DNA from: an uncultured Gemmatimonadales bacterium
GTDB taxonomy: Bacteria > Gemmatimonadota > Gemmatimonadetes > Gemmatimonadales > Gemmatimonadaceae
Length of the DNA: 64,000 nucleotides
Direction of reading: 5' to 3'
Assembly (NCBI GenBank): GCA_963850905.1
Contig: CAWKMU010000003.1
Coordinates: 1,216,001 to 1,280,000 of the forward strand
This document shows, piece after piece, positions 9,787-21,070 of this stretch. Within the stretch, counting starts at the first letter, position 1; every line of letters starts with the position of its first letter. The position numbers and the translations under genes are program-made. The notes under the pieces were generated by a model. It was not told where the DNA came from. It ran no database searches and saw nothing but the letters and a program-made list of their open reading frames with translations.

Positions 9787-10985
9787 CGAAAGGTGCCGTC
9801 GTCGTACGCGGCGGCGAATTCCCGCCAATAGCCATAGGTGACGTCGGCGTAGTGGCAGGAGTAATCGATGAGCGGCCGGACCCAGGCCGTGCTATGGCCG
9901 AAGGCCACCCATTCGTCTGCCCCGGCCGACCCGTCACGGCAGGCACTTCGGAGCTGTGCCCAGGCGACGACTTCGCCCATCACGCGGAGCGCATCGGCGA
10001 GGCGGCGCGGCTTGCTGCGCGCGTTTTCGAGCGCCAGCCGATCTTCGACCGGTTGCAGCTCCCGCAAGATGTACGACGTGTGACCCATCCGCACCGAGTT
10101 GAGCAGGGCTGGCGAGACAGCTTGCACTCGACGCTGGATCGTGACGACACGATCGGCCTGGGAGCCCCAACGGGGTTGCCGCGTATCCACGTTCGCCGCG
10201 AGCGCCGACGGCGCGGCTTCCTTGAGGTCGAGCAGCGCGTGACCCATGCGGCCGCCATGGCCCTCGACCAGCACGGCAAAGCGTCGCAGGCCGAGACTCC
10301 CGGTACCGGCGATGCGACGAGCCACGTCGAGCACTCGGAAGAAGTGCGGCAGCTCTCGACATACCCGCGCGTTCGCAAGCGCGCGAGCGACTGCCTCCTT
10401 GCCATCACGCGAGAGCGGCAGGGCGTGTATCCCATCGATCTTGAGGCGTCGCCTGCCGCGGGAGACGGTGGTACGCGAATCGATCAGCTCGGCCTGCGTC
10501 CGACGCTTCACTCGCTGGAGCAGACGCTTGACGAGCCCGCGCGCTGTCGAGCGCTCGACCCAGAGCGCCTTGCCGGCCATCAGCGCGTGGCTGTATGCCA
10601 GGCGACCCTGATGTACGAGCGAACGCGCCTCCGCTGCGGGCAGCCCTATCGTGCGGGCCGCCAGCAACGTGCTCACGGCGAAGCGCGCGAGGTCACAACC
10701 TGCCGGCGCCAAGGCAGCTTCGTCGAAGTCGTTGATGTCGAAGTACGCGAGTCGGTTCTCGCCTTTGTAGCTGCCGAAGTTCTCGAGGTGGAGGTCGCCG
10801 CACGCCCAGGTCAATGGCGTCCGATCCAGGCTGGAGCGAGGTGGCCAATCTGCGTAGAACAGGTGGGCGGTGCCGCGGAAGAAGCCGAAGGCATCCTGTC
10901 GCATCCGCGCGTACTTGATCGCGAGTCGGTCCGGCTCGCGATCGGCATTGAACTGGCGCAGGCGCGCGATAAGTGAGGATGCCAT
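9783..10985 (-). CDS. DUF2252 family protein (kinase-like fold)
   Basis: FFRGTAHLF, CGDLHLENFG, FDINDFDEA, RIAGTGSLGLRR, LKEA, RELQP. Confidence 0.92.
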   Translation of the reverse strand: MASSLIARLRQFNADREPDRLAIKYARMRQDAFGFFRGTAHLFYADWPPRSSLDRTPLTWACGDLHLENFGSYKGENRLAYFDINDFDEAALAPAGCDLARFAVSTLLAARTIGLPAAEARSLVHQGRLAYSHALMAGKALWVERSTARGLVKRLLQRVKRRTQAELIDSRTTVSRGRRRLKIDGIHALPLSRDGKEAVARALANARVCRELPHFFRVLDVARRIAGTGSLGLRRFAVLVEGHGGRMGHALLDLKEAAPSALAANVDTRQPRWGSQADRVVTIQRRVQAVSPALLNSVRMGHTSYILRELQPVEDRLALENARSKPRRLADALRVMGEVVAWAQLRSACRDGSAGADEWVAFGHSTAWVRPLIDYSCHYADVTYGYWREFAAAYDDGTFR

Positions 10986-11095
10986 GGCGCTACTACACGG
11001 ACGAACGGCTATGCCAGCCGGTCAGCGGCCCATCGATCACGCACCGTTGCGCCATTGCGGACCAAAAGACGATCGGACGCGATCTGGGGCCCGCG

Positions 11096-12193
11096 CTACA
11101 GCGCTCGCTCTGGGCGACTCGCGCCGTCGTCGCGTCCCGCGCTCATCACGACGGTGACGGCGCCCGAACGTGCGAGCGAGACGCCGAGGGCGTCCAGGCG
11201 CGTGAGCATCCCCAGGGTGATCGCCTGCTGGGCATCCATGAATGCCCCGTAGCTCGGTGACAAGACGGTAAATACCGTCTCCACGCCGATCCCTCCGCCT
11301 GTAGGGACCGTGATGTGTGAGCGCTCAAACCGGACTCGGGGCGCCGCCTCCACGGCCTCGCGGAATATCAATGGCACACGGGCAATCGCCGCGGGCGGTG
11401 CCGCTTGGTCGAGCGTGATGGTGAGGGTCGACGTTCGCTCTCGTAATCGCCGAAAGTTGCGAATGCGGCTCTTGAGCAAATCGGCGTTGGAGAACACGAT
11501 CTGCTCGCCCGTGGTGGACCGGACGCGGGTGGACTTGAGGCCAATGTGCTCGACCGTGCCGCTCAGGTTGTCGACGGTAATCGAATCGCCATCGACGAAG
11601 GGCTTATCGACGACGATCGACAATGCCGCAAAGAGATCGCCGAGGATGTTCTGCACCGCGAGGGCGAGCGCGATGCCGGTGACTCCCAGTCCGGTGATGA
11701 GCGTGGTCACGCGGACGCCGAGACTGTCCAGCCCCACAAGCAGCAGCAGGATCCACAGCACGGCCCGCATGAAGATCCCGAGCGCCGCGACCGTCGTGCG
11801 ACTCGCCGCGATGCCGCCCTCGCCATCGGCCAGCGCGGACTGCCGTGTCACGTAGCGGGTCAAGAGGACCTTGACCAGGCCGTCGCACCACAGCCCGAGC
11901 TGGAACAGCAAGGCGATGATCGTGAAGGCCCGCACAGTCGCATCGACGCGCGGTGGCAGCGTCAAATAGAGCGACCCCGCCGCGAGGCCGAGAGCGAGCA
12001 GGAACACCGCGTTCGTGCGGCGGACGAAATCGGCCGCGACATGATCCGCGCTGCCCACGCCGTGCGAGACGTGGCGCAAGCGACGCGCCGTGAGATTCCG
12101 CGCGATCGTCAGTGTGAGCGTCACGGCGACGAAAATCGCCACGGCGCTCAGCCACTCGCGGAGCGTATTATGGTAGTATTGCCAATCGAGCAT
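11096..12193 (-). CDS. MscS-family mechanosensitive channel
   Basis: GLGVTGIALALAVQNILGDLFA, DKPF..GD, GTVEHIGLKSTRVRS..GE. Confidence 0.95.
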   Translation of the reverse strand: MLDWQYYHNTLREWLSAVAIFVAVTLTLTIARNLTARRLRHVSHGVGSADHVAADFVRRTNAVFLLALGLAAGSLYLTLPPRVDATVRAFTIIALLFQLGLWCDGLVKVLLTRYVTRQSALADGEGGIAASRTTVAALGIFMRAVLWILLLLVGLDSLGVRVTTLITGLGVTGIALALAVQNILGDLFAALSIVVDKPFVDGDSITVDNLSGTVEHIGLKSTRVRSTTGEQIVFSNADLLKSRIRNFRRLRERTSTLTITLDQAAPPAAIARVPLIFREAVEAAPRVRFERSHITVPTGGGIGVETVFTVLSPSYGAFMDAQQAITLGMLTRLDALGVSLARSGAVTVVMSAGRDDGASRPERAL

Positions 12194-12200
12194 GGAACTA

Positions 12201-12313
12201 CAGGGACCAGGGACTAGGGATCAGGGGTCAGCGAACTAACCTAGCACGCGGTGGCGGCGCGGCCACCGGCTCTACGGTTTGTCCCCGACCCCTAACCCCT
12301 GACCCCTGATCCC
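12201..12313. repeat. Inverted pair of 7-bp tandem repeat tracts (CAGGGRY / CCCTGAY)
   Basis: 12201-12231 cagggac cagggac tagggat caggggt cag; 12283-12313 ccccgac ccctaac ccctgac ccctgat ccc. Confidence 0.85.
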
Positions 12314-12317
12314 GCAG

Positions 12318-13871
12318 TCAATGTCCCCGCGCTTCCAGCCCTCGCGAGCGCTTGCGATCGTGCGCGATGCGCTCGCGGGCCCGCGTGTCGGGCCGCTGGC
12401 GGATCTCCCACTCGCGGTGTGCGTCGCACGCGTCGCAGTTGCCACACCACCAGTCGGCATCGGCGGGCTCGCCGAAGTACTCGAGGATCACTCGCGTGCG
12501 GCACTGCGTTGTCTGACAGAAGTTGATCACGGCGCGCAGCTTGTCCTGATCGCGGGCACGCCGCTCCTCGTAATCGATCAGATCATCGCGGAGATCGACC
12601 TGCGTGAGGTTCCCGGTCAGCCGTTCCCAACTCCCGCCGCGGTGTTCGCGGACGAGTCCGTGCCGTTTGAGCAGGGCAAACACGATGCGCGCCTTGCGCC
12701 GCGGTACAGCCGACTGATCGGCGATGTCGTCGATCGGGACTGGCGTGTTCGGAGGGTGTCGCTCGAGCGCGAGCGCCACCCGGGCGGCTTCCTCCACTTC
12801 GGGATACTTCCCACCGAGGAAGTACGATTGAATGCGTCGATCCTCGACCCGATACAGCATTGTGCAGACCGCCGGCTCGCCGTCCCGGCCGGCCCGGCCC
12901 GCCTCCTGATAGTACGCTTCCAGCGACCCCGGGAAGTGATAGTGAACGACGAATCGGATGTCCTTCTTGTCTATGCCAAGACCGAACGCGTTGGTCGCGA
13001 TCATGACCTTGACTTCGTCGGCCATGAAACGCTCCTGGGCCATCTTGCGATCGACGGCGGCCATCTTGCCGTGATACATCCCGACGGACTCATCGCGACT
13101 GCGCAGACGCTGATGGATCCGTTCGGCCTCCTTGACGGTCGCGACGTAGATTACGCCGGAGCCGGCATTCGTGCGCAGAAGGGTGTCGAGGGTCGTGTCC
13201 TTCTCGCCGACGTTGACGGTGCGACGAATCTCGAACCGAAGGTTGGGTCGCGCGAATCCGGTCACGATCACGAACGGATTGCGCATGCCCAGCTGCCGGG
13301 CGATGTCTTGGCGCACCTCGCTGGTCGCGGTCGCCGTCAGCGCGACGACGGGTGGGCGGCCGAGCCGAGCGGCGACCGACCCGAGTGTGAGGTAGTCGGG
13401 GCGGAAGTCATGGCCCCAGTGACTCACGCAATGAGCCTCATCGACGACGAACAGATTAACGTGGCGGGTGAGCAGCTGTTCGAAGAAGTCGCGATCCTTG
13501 AAACGTTCCGGCGTGACGTACAGGATGTCACCCTGCCCCGATCCGATCTGGTGGTGGGCAGCCCGCGTCTCCGGGTTGGTGAGGTGCGAGTGCATGGCGA
13601 CCGCGTCGACGCCCTGCGCCATCAACTTGTCGTGCTGATCTTTCATGAGCGCGATCAGCGGCGTGACGACCACCGTCAAACCGGGCAGAAGGAGGGCTCC
13701 CAGCTGGTAGATGATCGACTTGCCGCTGCCGGTCGGCATGACGACAACGACGTCGCGATCCTGCAGCACAGCTTGGAGCGACTCCCATTGCCCGCGATTG
13801 AAGTGGGTATGTCCGAATCGCTGCACGAGGAGCGCACGGGCACGGTCACGAGTGATCGTGTTCCGGGGCAT
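12318..13871 (-). CDS. recQ: RecQ-family ATP-dependent DNA helicase
   Basis: [36 protein letters not shown] Zn cysteines (CR...YFGE...CGNCDAC); start taken at ATG 13871. Confidence 0.95.
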   Translation of the reverse strand: MPRNTITRDRARALLVQRFGHTHFNRGQWESLQAVLQDRDVVVVMPTGSGKSIIYQLGALLLPGLTVVVTPLIALMKDQHDKLMAQGVDAVAMHSHLTNPETRAAHHQIGSGQGDILYVTPERFKDRDFFEQLLTRHVNLFVVDEAHCVSHWGHDFRPDYLTLGSVAARLGRPPVVALTATATSEVRQDIARQLGMRNPFVIVTGFARPNLRFEIRRTVNVGEKDTTLDTLLRTNAGSGVIYVATVKEAERIHQRLRSRDESVGMYHGKMAAVDRKMAQERFMADEVKVMIATNAFGLGIDKKDIRFVVHYHFPGSLEAYYQEAGRAGRDGEPAVCTMLYRVEDRRIQSYFLGGKYPEVEEAARVALALERHPPNTPVPIDDIADQSAVPRRKARIVFALLKRHGLVREHRGGSWERLTGNLTQVDLRDDLIDYEERRARDQDKLRAVINFCQTTQCRTRVILEYFGEPADADWWCGNCDACDAHREWEIRQRPDTRARERIAHDRKRSRGLEARGH

Positions 13872-14016
13872 GCTTGCCGGTTTGGCAGGAATCGGGCCGC
13901 GAACGAGCGGCGGATGCACGCGGGGCATGAGGCCTTCGGATACATCGACGCGCGGAACATCGTGAACTCGCTCCGATCACACGCACGGGTGACGCGGCTG
14001 TCGCCCCGAGTCTGCG

Positions 14017-15195
14017 GTGTCTGCTGACTTGCTGTCCGCGCTGGCCGTGACGGCGCCCGGCCTCGCACCATACGCATCGCGGGAGTTGCTCGCACTGGGC
14101 ATCGCGCCGCACCGCACAGGCGTGGAGGGCGCCAGTTTCGAGACATCGGCCGCCGGTCTCTACACCGCGAACCTATGGTTGCGGACGGCGAGTCGGGTGC
14201 TGGTTCGGATTGCGTCCTTCGAAGCCGACTCGTTTCACGAGCTCGAGCGCCGCGCGCGCGGGGTCGGATGGACGAGGTTTGTGTCGCCTGCGGTCCCGGT
14301 GCGCCTGCGCGTGACCTGTCGGAAGTCGCGGCTGTACCATTCCGATGCCGTAGCCGAAAGGGTCGCCGGGGCCATCGTTCGCGTCGGCGGGGTCATCGCT
14401 CCGGCCCGTTCGGCGGCGGCCGATACGGACGGCGCGCACGACGGGCTCAGCAATGACCCCGCCGAACAGCTCGTCGTGGTGCGGCTGTACCGGGATCGGT
14501 GCACGATCAGCCTCGACAGCTCTGGGGGGATGCTGCACCGCCGGGGGTACCGCCTGGAGACGGCGAAGGCGCCGTTACGGGAAACCCTCGCCGCCGCCGT
14601 CCTGATGGCTGTCGGGTGGTCCGGCCATCACCTTCTTCTCGATCCGTTCTGCGGGGCGGGAACGCTCGTCATCGAGGCGGCGCTGCTGGCCCGGCGCCGG
14701 GCCCCAGGCTTGGGACGCACGTTTGCGTTCATGCGGTGGCCTCAATTCGATGGTGGCGTGTGGGACGCACTGGTCGATTCGGCCCGGTCCGGGGAGATCC
14801 CGGCACCGCCGATCCCGATCCAAGCGTCAGACCGCGACGCCGGCGCCGTTGCTGCGACGAGAGGGAACGCGGAACGCGCCGGTGTCGCCGGTGACATCGA
14901 ACTCTCTCAGCGCGCGCTCGCAGAGATCGAACCGGCCGGTGGAGCGGGCTGGCTCGTCACAAACCCGCCGTATGGCGTACGGGCGTCTCCGCACGATCGT
15001 CTGCGCGATCTCTATGTGCAGATCGGGGAGGTTGCTCGCGCCAGGTGCGCGGGATGGACTGTCGGCATGTTATCGGCCGATCGTGCACTCGCGAGACTCA
15101 CCAGGCTTCCGTTCGTCGTCAAGCTACGGACGTCGAACGGCGGGATTCCGGTCGAGGTACTGGCAGCAGGCGTCCCGGTCGTCAGCCGTCATTAA
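14017..15195 (+). CDS. THUMP-domain class I SAM-dependent RNA methyltransferase (RlmL-like)
   Basis: NLWLRTASRV, DSSG..LHRRGYR, APLRETLAAA, DPFCGAGT, NPPYG. Confidence 0.93.
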   Translation: MSADLLSALAVTAPGLAPYASRELLALGIAPHRTGVEGASFETSAAGLYTANLWLRTASRVLVRIASFEADSFHELERRARGVGWTRFVSPAVPVRLRVTCRKSRLYHSDAVAERVAGAIVRVGGVIAPARSAAADTDGAHDGLSNDPAEQLVVVRLYRDRCTISLDSSGGMLHRRGYRLETAKAPLRETLAAAVLMAVGWSGHHLLLDPFCGAGTLVIEAALLARRRAPGLGRTFAFMRWPQFDGGVWDALVDSARSGEIPAPPIPIQASDRDAGAVAATRGNAERAGVAGDIELSQRALAEIEPAGGAGWLVTNPPYGVRASPHDRLRDLYVQIGEVARARCAGWTVGMLSADRALARLTRLPFVVKLRTSNGGIPVEVLAAGVPVVSRH

Positions 15196-15207
15196 ATTGC
15201 CCTTCAT

Positions 15208-18057
15208 ATGGCCTCCGGTCCCATCACAAGCTCGTTCAACGACGCGTACATAGCAGAGCTCTACGACGCGTATCGCCGCGACCCGAGCTCAGTCGGCGAA
15301 TCCTGGCGGCAGTTCTTCGACTTTGCCCAGCGCATCGCCAGCGCACCGACGGGCGAGTCACCGCCGGGGTTCGGCGGCGTTGGCCCCGGCGCGGACCTGC
15401 TCAAGAAAGCGGCGGGCGCCGCCGCATTGATGCAGGCGACGCGGTCGTACGGACACTTCGCTGTGCAATTGGACCCGCTGGGTCGCCCGCCGTTGGGAGC
15501 GCCGGAGCTCACCCCGGAGTTTCACGGCATCACGGAATCGGACCTCGATCTCGTACCTGGCAGCGCCCTGGGGTTCCCGCACATGGCCACAGCGGCCGAT
15601 GTGATGCGGCGGCTTCGGTTCCGCTACTCCACGAGCCTCGGCATCGAGGTGACGCACCTCGCCGCCGAGGAGGAACGCCTCTGGTTTCGCCAACTGCTCA
15701 CCGCGGAGGAGTTGACGCGGCCGTTGACCCCCGATGAGAAGCAGGCCGTACTCCGTCGATTGACCGAGGTCGACGGCCTCGAACGATTCATCGGTCGGGC
15801 CTATCCCAATGCCAAGCGGTTCTCGATCGAGGGAACGGACGCGCTCGTGCTCATGCTCGATGCGGTCATCGACGAGAGTGCCGCCAGCGCGGCTCGCCGC
15901 ATCGTGATTGGCATGGCGCACCGTGGGCGACTCAACGTTCTCGCGCACATCCTCGGGAAGCCGTACGCGACGATCTTCGATGAGTTCGACGACAAGCACT
16001 ACCACTCCGGCACGGGCGACGTGAAGTACCACCTCGGGGCCCAAGCCGAGCGCACCCTTGCGGACGGCCAGCAGGTCGCGATCACGCTGGTGCCCAACCC
16101 CAGTCATCTCGAGTTCGTCAATCCCGTCTTGGAGGGGGTCGCGCGAGCACTGCAGCGCGGAGGGCCGGAGGTCGACCGGGCGGGCACCGTGCCGGTCTGT
16201 GTGCATGGCGACGCGGCGTTCCCGGGTGAGGGCGTAGTCTCGGAGACGCTCAACCTGTCGCGGCTACGTGGCTACGAGGTTGGCGGGACGTTGCACATCA
16301 TCACGAACAATCAGATCGGATTTACGACCGATGCGGCGGACGCGCGTTCGACCCTGTACGCGAGCGATATCGCGAAAGGGTTCGACGTACCGATCATCCA
16401 CGTCAACGCGGACAATCCGGAGTCGTGCATCATCGCTGTGCGCATCGGGGTCGCGTATCGGGCGCGATTCCACAAGGACTTCCTGATCGATCTGGTCGGG
16501 TATCGGCGCCATGGGCACAACGAGGGCGATGAACCGGCTTTCACCCAACCGACGATCTACCAGGCCATCAAGGCCCACCCGACGACGCGCGCCCTGTGGG
16601 CGGAGCGCCTGATCGGCGAGGGCATCGTCACCGCTGAGGACGTGGCCGCCGAGGAGAAAGTGGTCATGGATCGTCTCACGGCCATCCACTCCGAGGCCAC
16701 GGCGAGCGGTGCCAGTGCGCCGTCGTACGACCCTCCACACGCCACGACGAAGCTCCCGAGCGTGCCCTCGCGAACCGCGGTGCCGGCGGATCGTCTCCGC
16801 GTGCTCAACGACGCGCTGCTCACCTGGCCCGCGGGATTCACGCTGCATCCCCGTCTGGCGCGCACGCTCGCCCGCCGCAAGGAAGCGCTGGGTGCGGCGA
16901 GCGCGATCGACTGGGGGCACGCCGAAACACTGGCGTTTGCGTCCGTGCTCACCGACGGCACGCCCATCCGACTCACCGGCCAGGACGCGGAACGCGGCAC
17001 CTTCTCGCATCGCCACGCGGTCTTGCATGACGCGAAGTCGGGCGAGGCATACGTCCCGTTGCAGCACCTGGACGGGGGTGCGCGTTTCGAAGTGTACAAC
17101 AGCCCGCTCTCGGAGACGGCGGTGCTGGGATTCGAGTACGGATACAGCTCGGCGGTGCCGAGTGCGCTCGTACTGTGGGAAGCACAGTATGGGGACTTCG
17201 CGAACGTCGCACAGCCGATCATCGACCAATTCATCTCCGCAGACTGGGCAAAGTGGGGTCAGGATTCCGACGTCGTCCTGCTGCTGCCCCATGGATACGA
17301 AGGTGGTGGCCCGGAGCATTCGAGTGCTCGGCTGGAGCGATTTCTCCAACTCTGCGCCGAGGACAACATGGTGGTCGTGTACCCGACGACCGCCGCACAG
17401 TACTTCCACCTGCTTCGTCGGCATGTTGCCTCGCCGTCGCGGCGGCCGCTGATCGTGATGACGCCCAAGAGCCTCCTGCGGCTCGACCGGGCGGCGTCCT
17501 CGCTGGCCGAATTCGCCGACGGTCATTTCGCGACGCTGATCGACGACTCCGTCGCGTCGGCGGCCGACCGGCGCGACGGTGTGACGCGCCTGGTCTTCTG
17601 CTCGGGCAAGGTCTTCTACGATCTGAGCGCGACGGCACGACCCGCCGATATCGCGCTCGTTCGCGTAGAGCAGCTCTATCCATGGCCCCACGACAGTGTG
17701 GCGTGGGCGCTCGACCACTACCCGAACGTTCGGGAGGTCGTGTGGGCGCAGGAGGAGCCGAAGAACATGGGGGCGTGGACGTACGTGGCGCCGCGTTTGC
17801 GCGCGGCCACCGGGACGTCTGTGCCCGTCACGTACATTGGTCGTGCGGAGCGCGCCAGTCCCGCTGAAGGGTATCTGGCGTCCCATCAACGCGAGCAGGC
17901 GCGGATCATCGCCGATGTGCTGGAGAATGGCGGGGACCGTCGACTCGCGTCGGGCGGGCCGCGAACTGCCAGCGAGAGCTCGGGCTCCGCGAGCACCAAG
18001 CGAGAGAGCAAGGGCGGGCTCACGCCGCCGCCGTCGACACCAGCCAAGACCGCCTGA
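15208..18057 (+). CDS. sucA: 2-oxoglutarate dehydrogenase E1 component
   Basis: KRFSIEG, GMAHRGRLN, GDVKYHLG, NPSHLE, HGDAAF, WEAQYGDF, GPEHSSARLERFLQ. Confidence 0.97.
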   Translation: MASGPITSSFNDAYIAELYDAYRRDPSSVGESWRQFFDFAQRIASAPTGESPPGFGGVGPGADLLKKAAGAAALMQATRSYGHFAVQLDPLGRPPLGAPELTPEFHGITESDLDLVPGSALGFPHMATAADVMRRLRFRYSTSLGIEVTHLAAEEERLWFRQLLTAEELTRPLTPDEKQAVLRRLTEVDGLERFIGRAYPNAKRFSIEGTDALVLMLDAVIDESAASAARRIVIGMAHRGRLNVLAHILGKPYATIFDEFDDKHYHSGTGDVKYHLGAQAERTLADGQQVAITLVPNPSHLEFVNPVLEGVARALQRGGPEVDRAGTVPVCVHGDAAFPGEGVVSETLNLSRLRGYEVGGTLHIITNNQIGFTTDAADARSTLYASDIAKGFDVPIIHVNADNPESCIIAVRIGVAYRARFHKDFLIDLVGYRRHGHNEGDEPAFTQPTIYQAIKAHPTTRALWAERLIGEGIVTAEDVAAEEKVVMDRLTAIHSEATASGASAPSYDPPHATTKLPSVPSRTAVPADRLRVLNDALLTWPAGFTLHPRLARTLARRKEALGAASAIDWGHAETLAFASVLTDGTPIRLTGQDAERGTFSHRHAVLHDAKSGEAYVPLQHLDGGARFEVYNSPLSETAVLGFEYGYSSAVPSALVLWEAQYGDFANVAQPIIDQFISADWAKWGQDSDVVLLLPHGYEGGGPEHSSARLERFLQLCAEDNMVVVYPTTAAQYFHLLRRHVASPSRRPLIVMTPKSLLRLDRAASSLAEFADGHFATLIDDSVASAADRRDGVTRLVFCSGKVFYDLSATARPADIALVRVEQLYPWPHDSVAWALDHYPNVREVVWAQEEPKNMGAWTYVAPRLRAATGTSVPVTYIGRAERASPAEGYLASHQREQARIIADVLENGGDRRLASGGPRTASESSGSASTKRESKGGLTPPPSTPAKTA

Positions 18058-20820
18058 TGACCACTTCTGTGCGGGCCGGCGCGGTAATCGCCTTCGCGCT
18101 GACAATCTCCCTCGCGTGCGCGCCGGGTCGTACGGCGGCACAACCCGGTACACGTCCACCCGTCGTTCCCATCGCACCGGCCTACAACCAGGGCGCGATC
18201 GCACTGGCCGAACAGGTCGCTGGCATCGGGAATACGACGCGCGTGCTGATGATCGGGGCGCATCCTGACGACGAAGACACGCGACTGCTCACCTGGCTGG
18301 CGCGAGGTCGGCACGTCGAAACCGCATACCTCTCGCTCACGCGTGGGGACGGCGGTCAGAATCTCATCGGCAACGAATTGGGCGAGGCGCTCGGCGTAAT
18401 ACGTACCGAAGAGCTGCTCGCCGCGAGACGGATCGATGGCGCGCACCAGTATTTCGCGCGCGCGTACGACTTCGGGTTCTCGAAGACGGCAGCTGAGTCA
18501 TTTTCGCACTGGCCACACGATTCGTTGCTGCGAGACGTCGTGACAGTCGTTCGCGCGTTCCGTCCCCAAGTCATCGTCGCCGTCTTTACCGGTACGCCTC
18601 GCGACGGCCACGGGCAGCATCAGGTGTCGGGTCTCCTCGCCAAAGAGGCATACGAGGCGTCCGGCGATACGGCGGCCTACCCGGTCGCCCAGTACGGGCG
18701 TCCGTGGGTCGCGCTGAAGTTCTATCGGGATCGGTCATACTTCGGCGGCGGCGATAGCGCGCTGCCGATCGACGTCGGCGCGTACGATCCATTGCTCGGC
18801 GTTACCTACGCGGAGATCGCCGCGGCCAGTCGGAGCCAGCATCGGTCACAAGGCTTCGGCAACATCATCGGGCCGGCCGGACCGGTGACCGGCTATGTCT
18901 ATCGCGAAGCCACACGGGTGAACTCGAGTACGCCGGCGGGCCAGGAGCACTCAATGTTCGATGGGATCGATACGACGTGGGCCCGACTCGGTCCGCTAGT
19001 GCACGAGGCTACTGCGCGCGCAGCCCTCGACTCGGTCGCGCCGGCGATCGGGCGCGCTCAAGCGGCGTTTCGCGCTGCGGACCCACAGCAGTCGTTGGCG
19101 GCGCTGAACGACGTCGCCCGTCTGGAGGCGACGGTGGCTACTCGCCTCGCTGTCCCCGAAGAAATCGCAGAATTGTCGTCTGGTGCTTCCCCGGCCGAGC
19201 GCTCGGCAGGTCTCGAGCGGCCATCCGGACCCAACGACGACAACGCGCGGGTGTTCGCTGGCGTCAAGGTCGATGCGCCGACCACGCTCGATCCGGACCT
19301 CGTCCGCACCCTGCAGGTGGCAATGGCCCGAGTGAATCGTGCCCAAGTTCTCGAGAGCGGGATCGAGATCCACGCGACGGTTGCGCACAATGTCGCGGCC
19401 GTCAATGTGCCGGTGGGAGTCGGTGTCGCGCTCGCCAATCGCACGCCGGCCGTGGTGCTCGACGGGAAGACGTGGGCAACTGCGACCAACACGATGGCTA
19501 TGCCATCACCTCAACGCCCTGTCATCGCTCCCGACAGCAGCTGGCGAGACAGCATCGCGGTGCGTGACACCGTAGTCACGCAGCCGTGGTGGCTGCGAAC
19601 GCCGCGCCGCGGCGACATGTTCACACAGCCGGTGTCTCGCGTCGCCGAGGATCAACGTCCTGGCGCCGCCACGGTGGAGGTCGCGTTGCGCGCGCAAACC
19701 GCGGGGCCGACGGCGACATTCACGGACCCCACCACGGTCGTGCGCCGCTTCGCGGATCCCGGTCGCGGCGAGGTCGACCGGCCATTGGCCTTCGTCCCCG
19801 CGGTGACGCTGACCCTGGACCGCACGGTCGAGTACGTCCCTGCGGGCGTGCACATCGATCGATCGCTCCGCGTCTGGTTGCGCTCGGGGGTGGATAGCGC
19901 GCGAACCGTCAGGGTGTCGCTTCAGCTGCCGAAAGGTCTCACGGCCGACAGCAGCGTCCGCTCGGCGACGCTCGATCCGTACGGCGATCACCACCTGGAC
20001 TTCCGCGTGCGGGGGTCCCTCCCGGCCGGAGGTGCGACGCTGTCGGCGACGGCCGAGAGCGAAGGGGTCACCTACCGCATCGGTTACGTGCCGATCGACT
20101 ACGAGCACATCCGGCCCCAGCGGATGTACCGGCCGGCCGAGGTACATCTGAGCGTCGTCGATGTCAAAGTGCCGCCGGGGCTCACGGTCGCGTATATCCC
20201 CGGCGTCGGCGACAACGTCGAGCCAATGCTCGAGCAGCTCGGGCTGCAGGTGACCGTACTCGACCCGTCGGCCATCGCCGCCACGAACCTGTCGCAATTT
20301 GGGACGATCGTGGTTGGCCCGCGGGCGTTTGACGCGAGCGATGAGCTCAAAGCCAACAACGGCCGCCTCCTGGATTTCGCGCGTCGCGGAGGGACCCTGG
20401 TCGTACAATACGGCCAATACGAGAATGGCCAACGGCATCCTGCCCTATCCGATCACACTGGCCCGCCCGGCAGATCGCGTCACCGATGAGAACGCGCCGG
20501 TGCGGATCCTGGATCCGGCATCGCCCGTCTTGAACACGCCCAACAAGATCAAGCCCGCGGACTTCCTCGGGTGGGTACAGGAGCGGTCGAGCTACATGCC
20601 GCACACATTCGACTCGCACTACCACAGCGTCATGTCAATGAACGACCCGGACGAGCCCCCCAACGATGCGGGCTTGTTGGTGGCGCCGCTGGGCAAAGGC
20701 ACCTACGTATACGCGACGCTCGCATTCTTCCGGCAGTTGCCCGCGGGCGTCCCCGGGCCGGCACGGTTGTTCGCGAATCTGTTGTCGCTGGGTAAGTCGA
20801 GTGCTGGACCGGTGCAGTAA
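18057..20820 (+). CDS. Secreted PIG-L/LmbE-family deacetylase with C-terminal Ig-like and GATase-like regions; +1 frameshift at ~20424
   Basis: Lipoprotein-like signal (ISLAC), AHPDDED, TRGDGGQN, HGQHQ, SRSQHRSQGFG; C-terminus in frame 20299..20820 (RVTDENAP, WVQER, FFRQLPAGVPG..RLFANL). Confidence 0.88.
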
Positions 20821-20851
20821 GGCGAGACGCTAGCGTCCAGCACCTAGCCCC

Positions 20852-21070
20852 TCACCATGCGTCCGCGCATGACGCCAGTATGGTGTGGCAGTGCCCGCAC
20901 ATCACCTTGCATCGGCGCTCGACGACCGCACACACGCCACAAATGGGACACGCCTCCTGCTCGCGGAGGGTACCGGCGCGTGTCTGAGCGCGCGCTGCTG
21001 CGTCGAGCTGCGGCCGACGCACCGTGCTCGACCAACAGCCGCCCGGAGGGCTGACGGTCTCCTCAGTCAA
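20852..21070 (-). CDS. Small CPxCG-type zinc-binding protein
   Basis: CPICG...CKVMCGHC.TIL.SCAD; TTG start overlaps the nadC stop; start uncertain. Confidence 0.6.
   Translation of the reverse strand: MTEETVSPPGGCWSSTVRRPQLDAAARAQTRAGTLREQEACPICGVCAVVERRCKVMCGHCHTILASCADAW

Noticed and set aside
16264..18204. Long antisense or alternative-frame ORFs (also 12321..14027, 21565..23097, 43401..44864, 9465..10976)
   Set aside because: Shadow ORFs of well-supported genes in high-GC DNA; Arg/Pro-rich or mirror-codon composition with no motifs.
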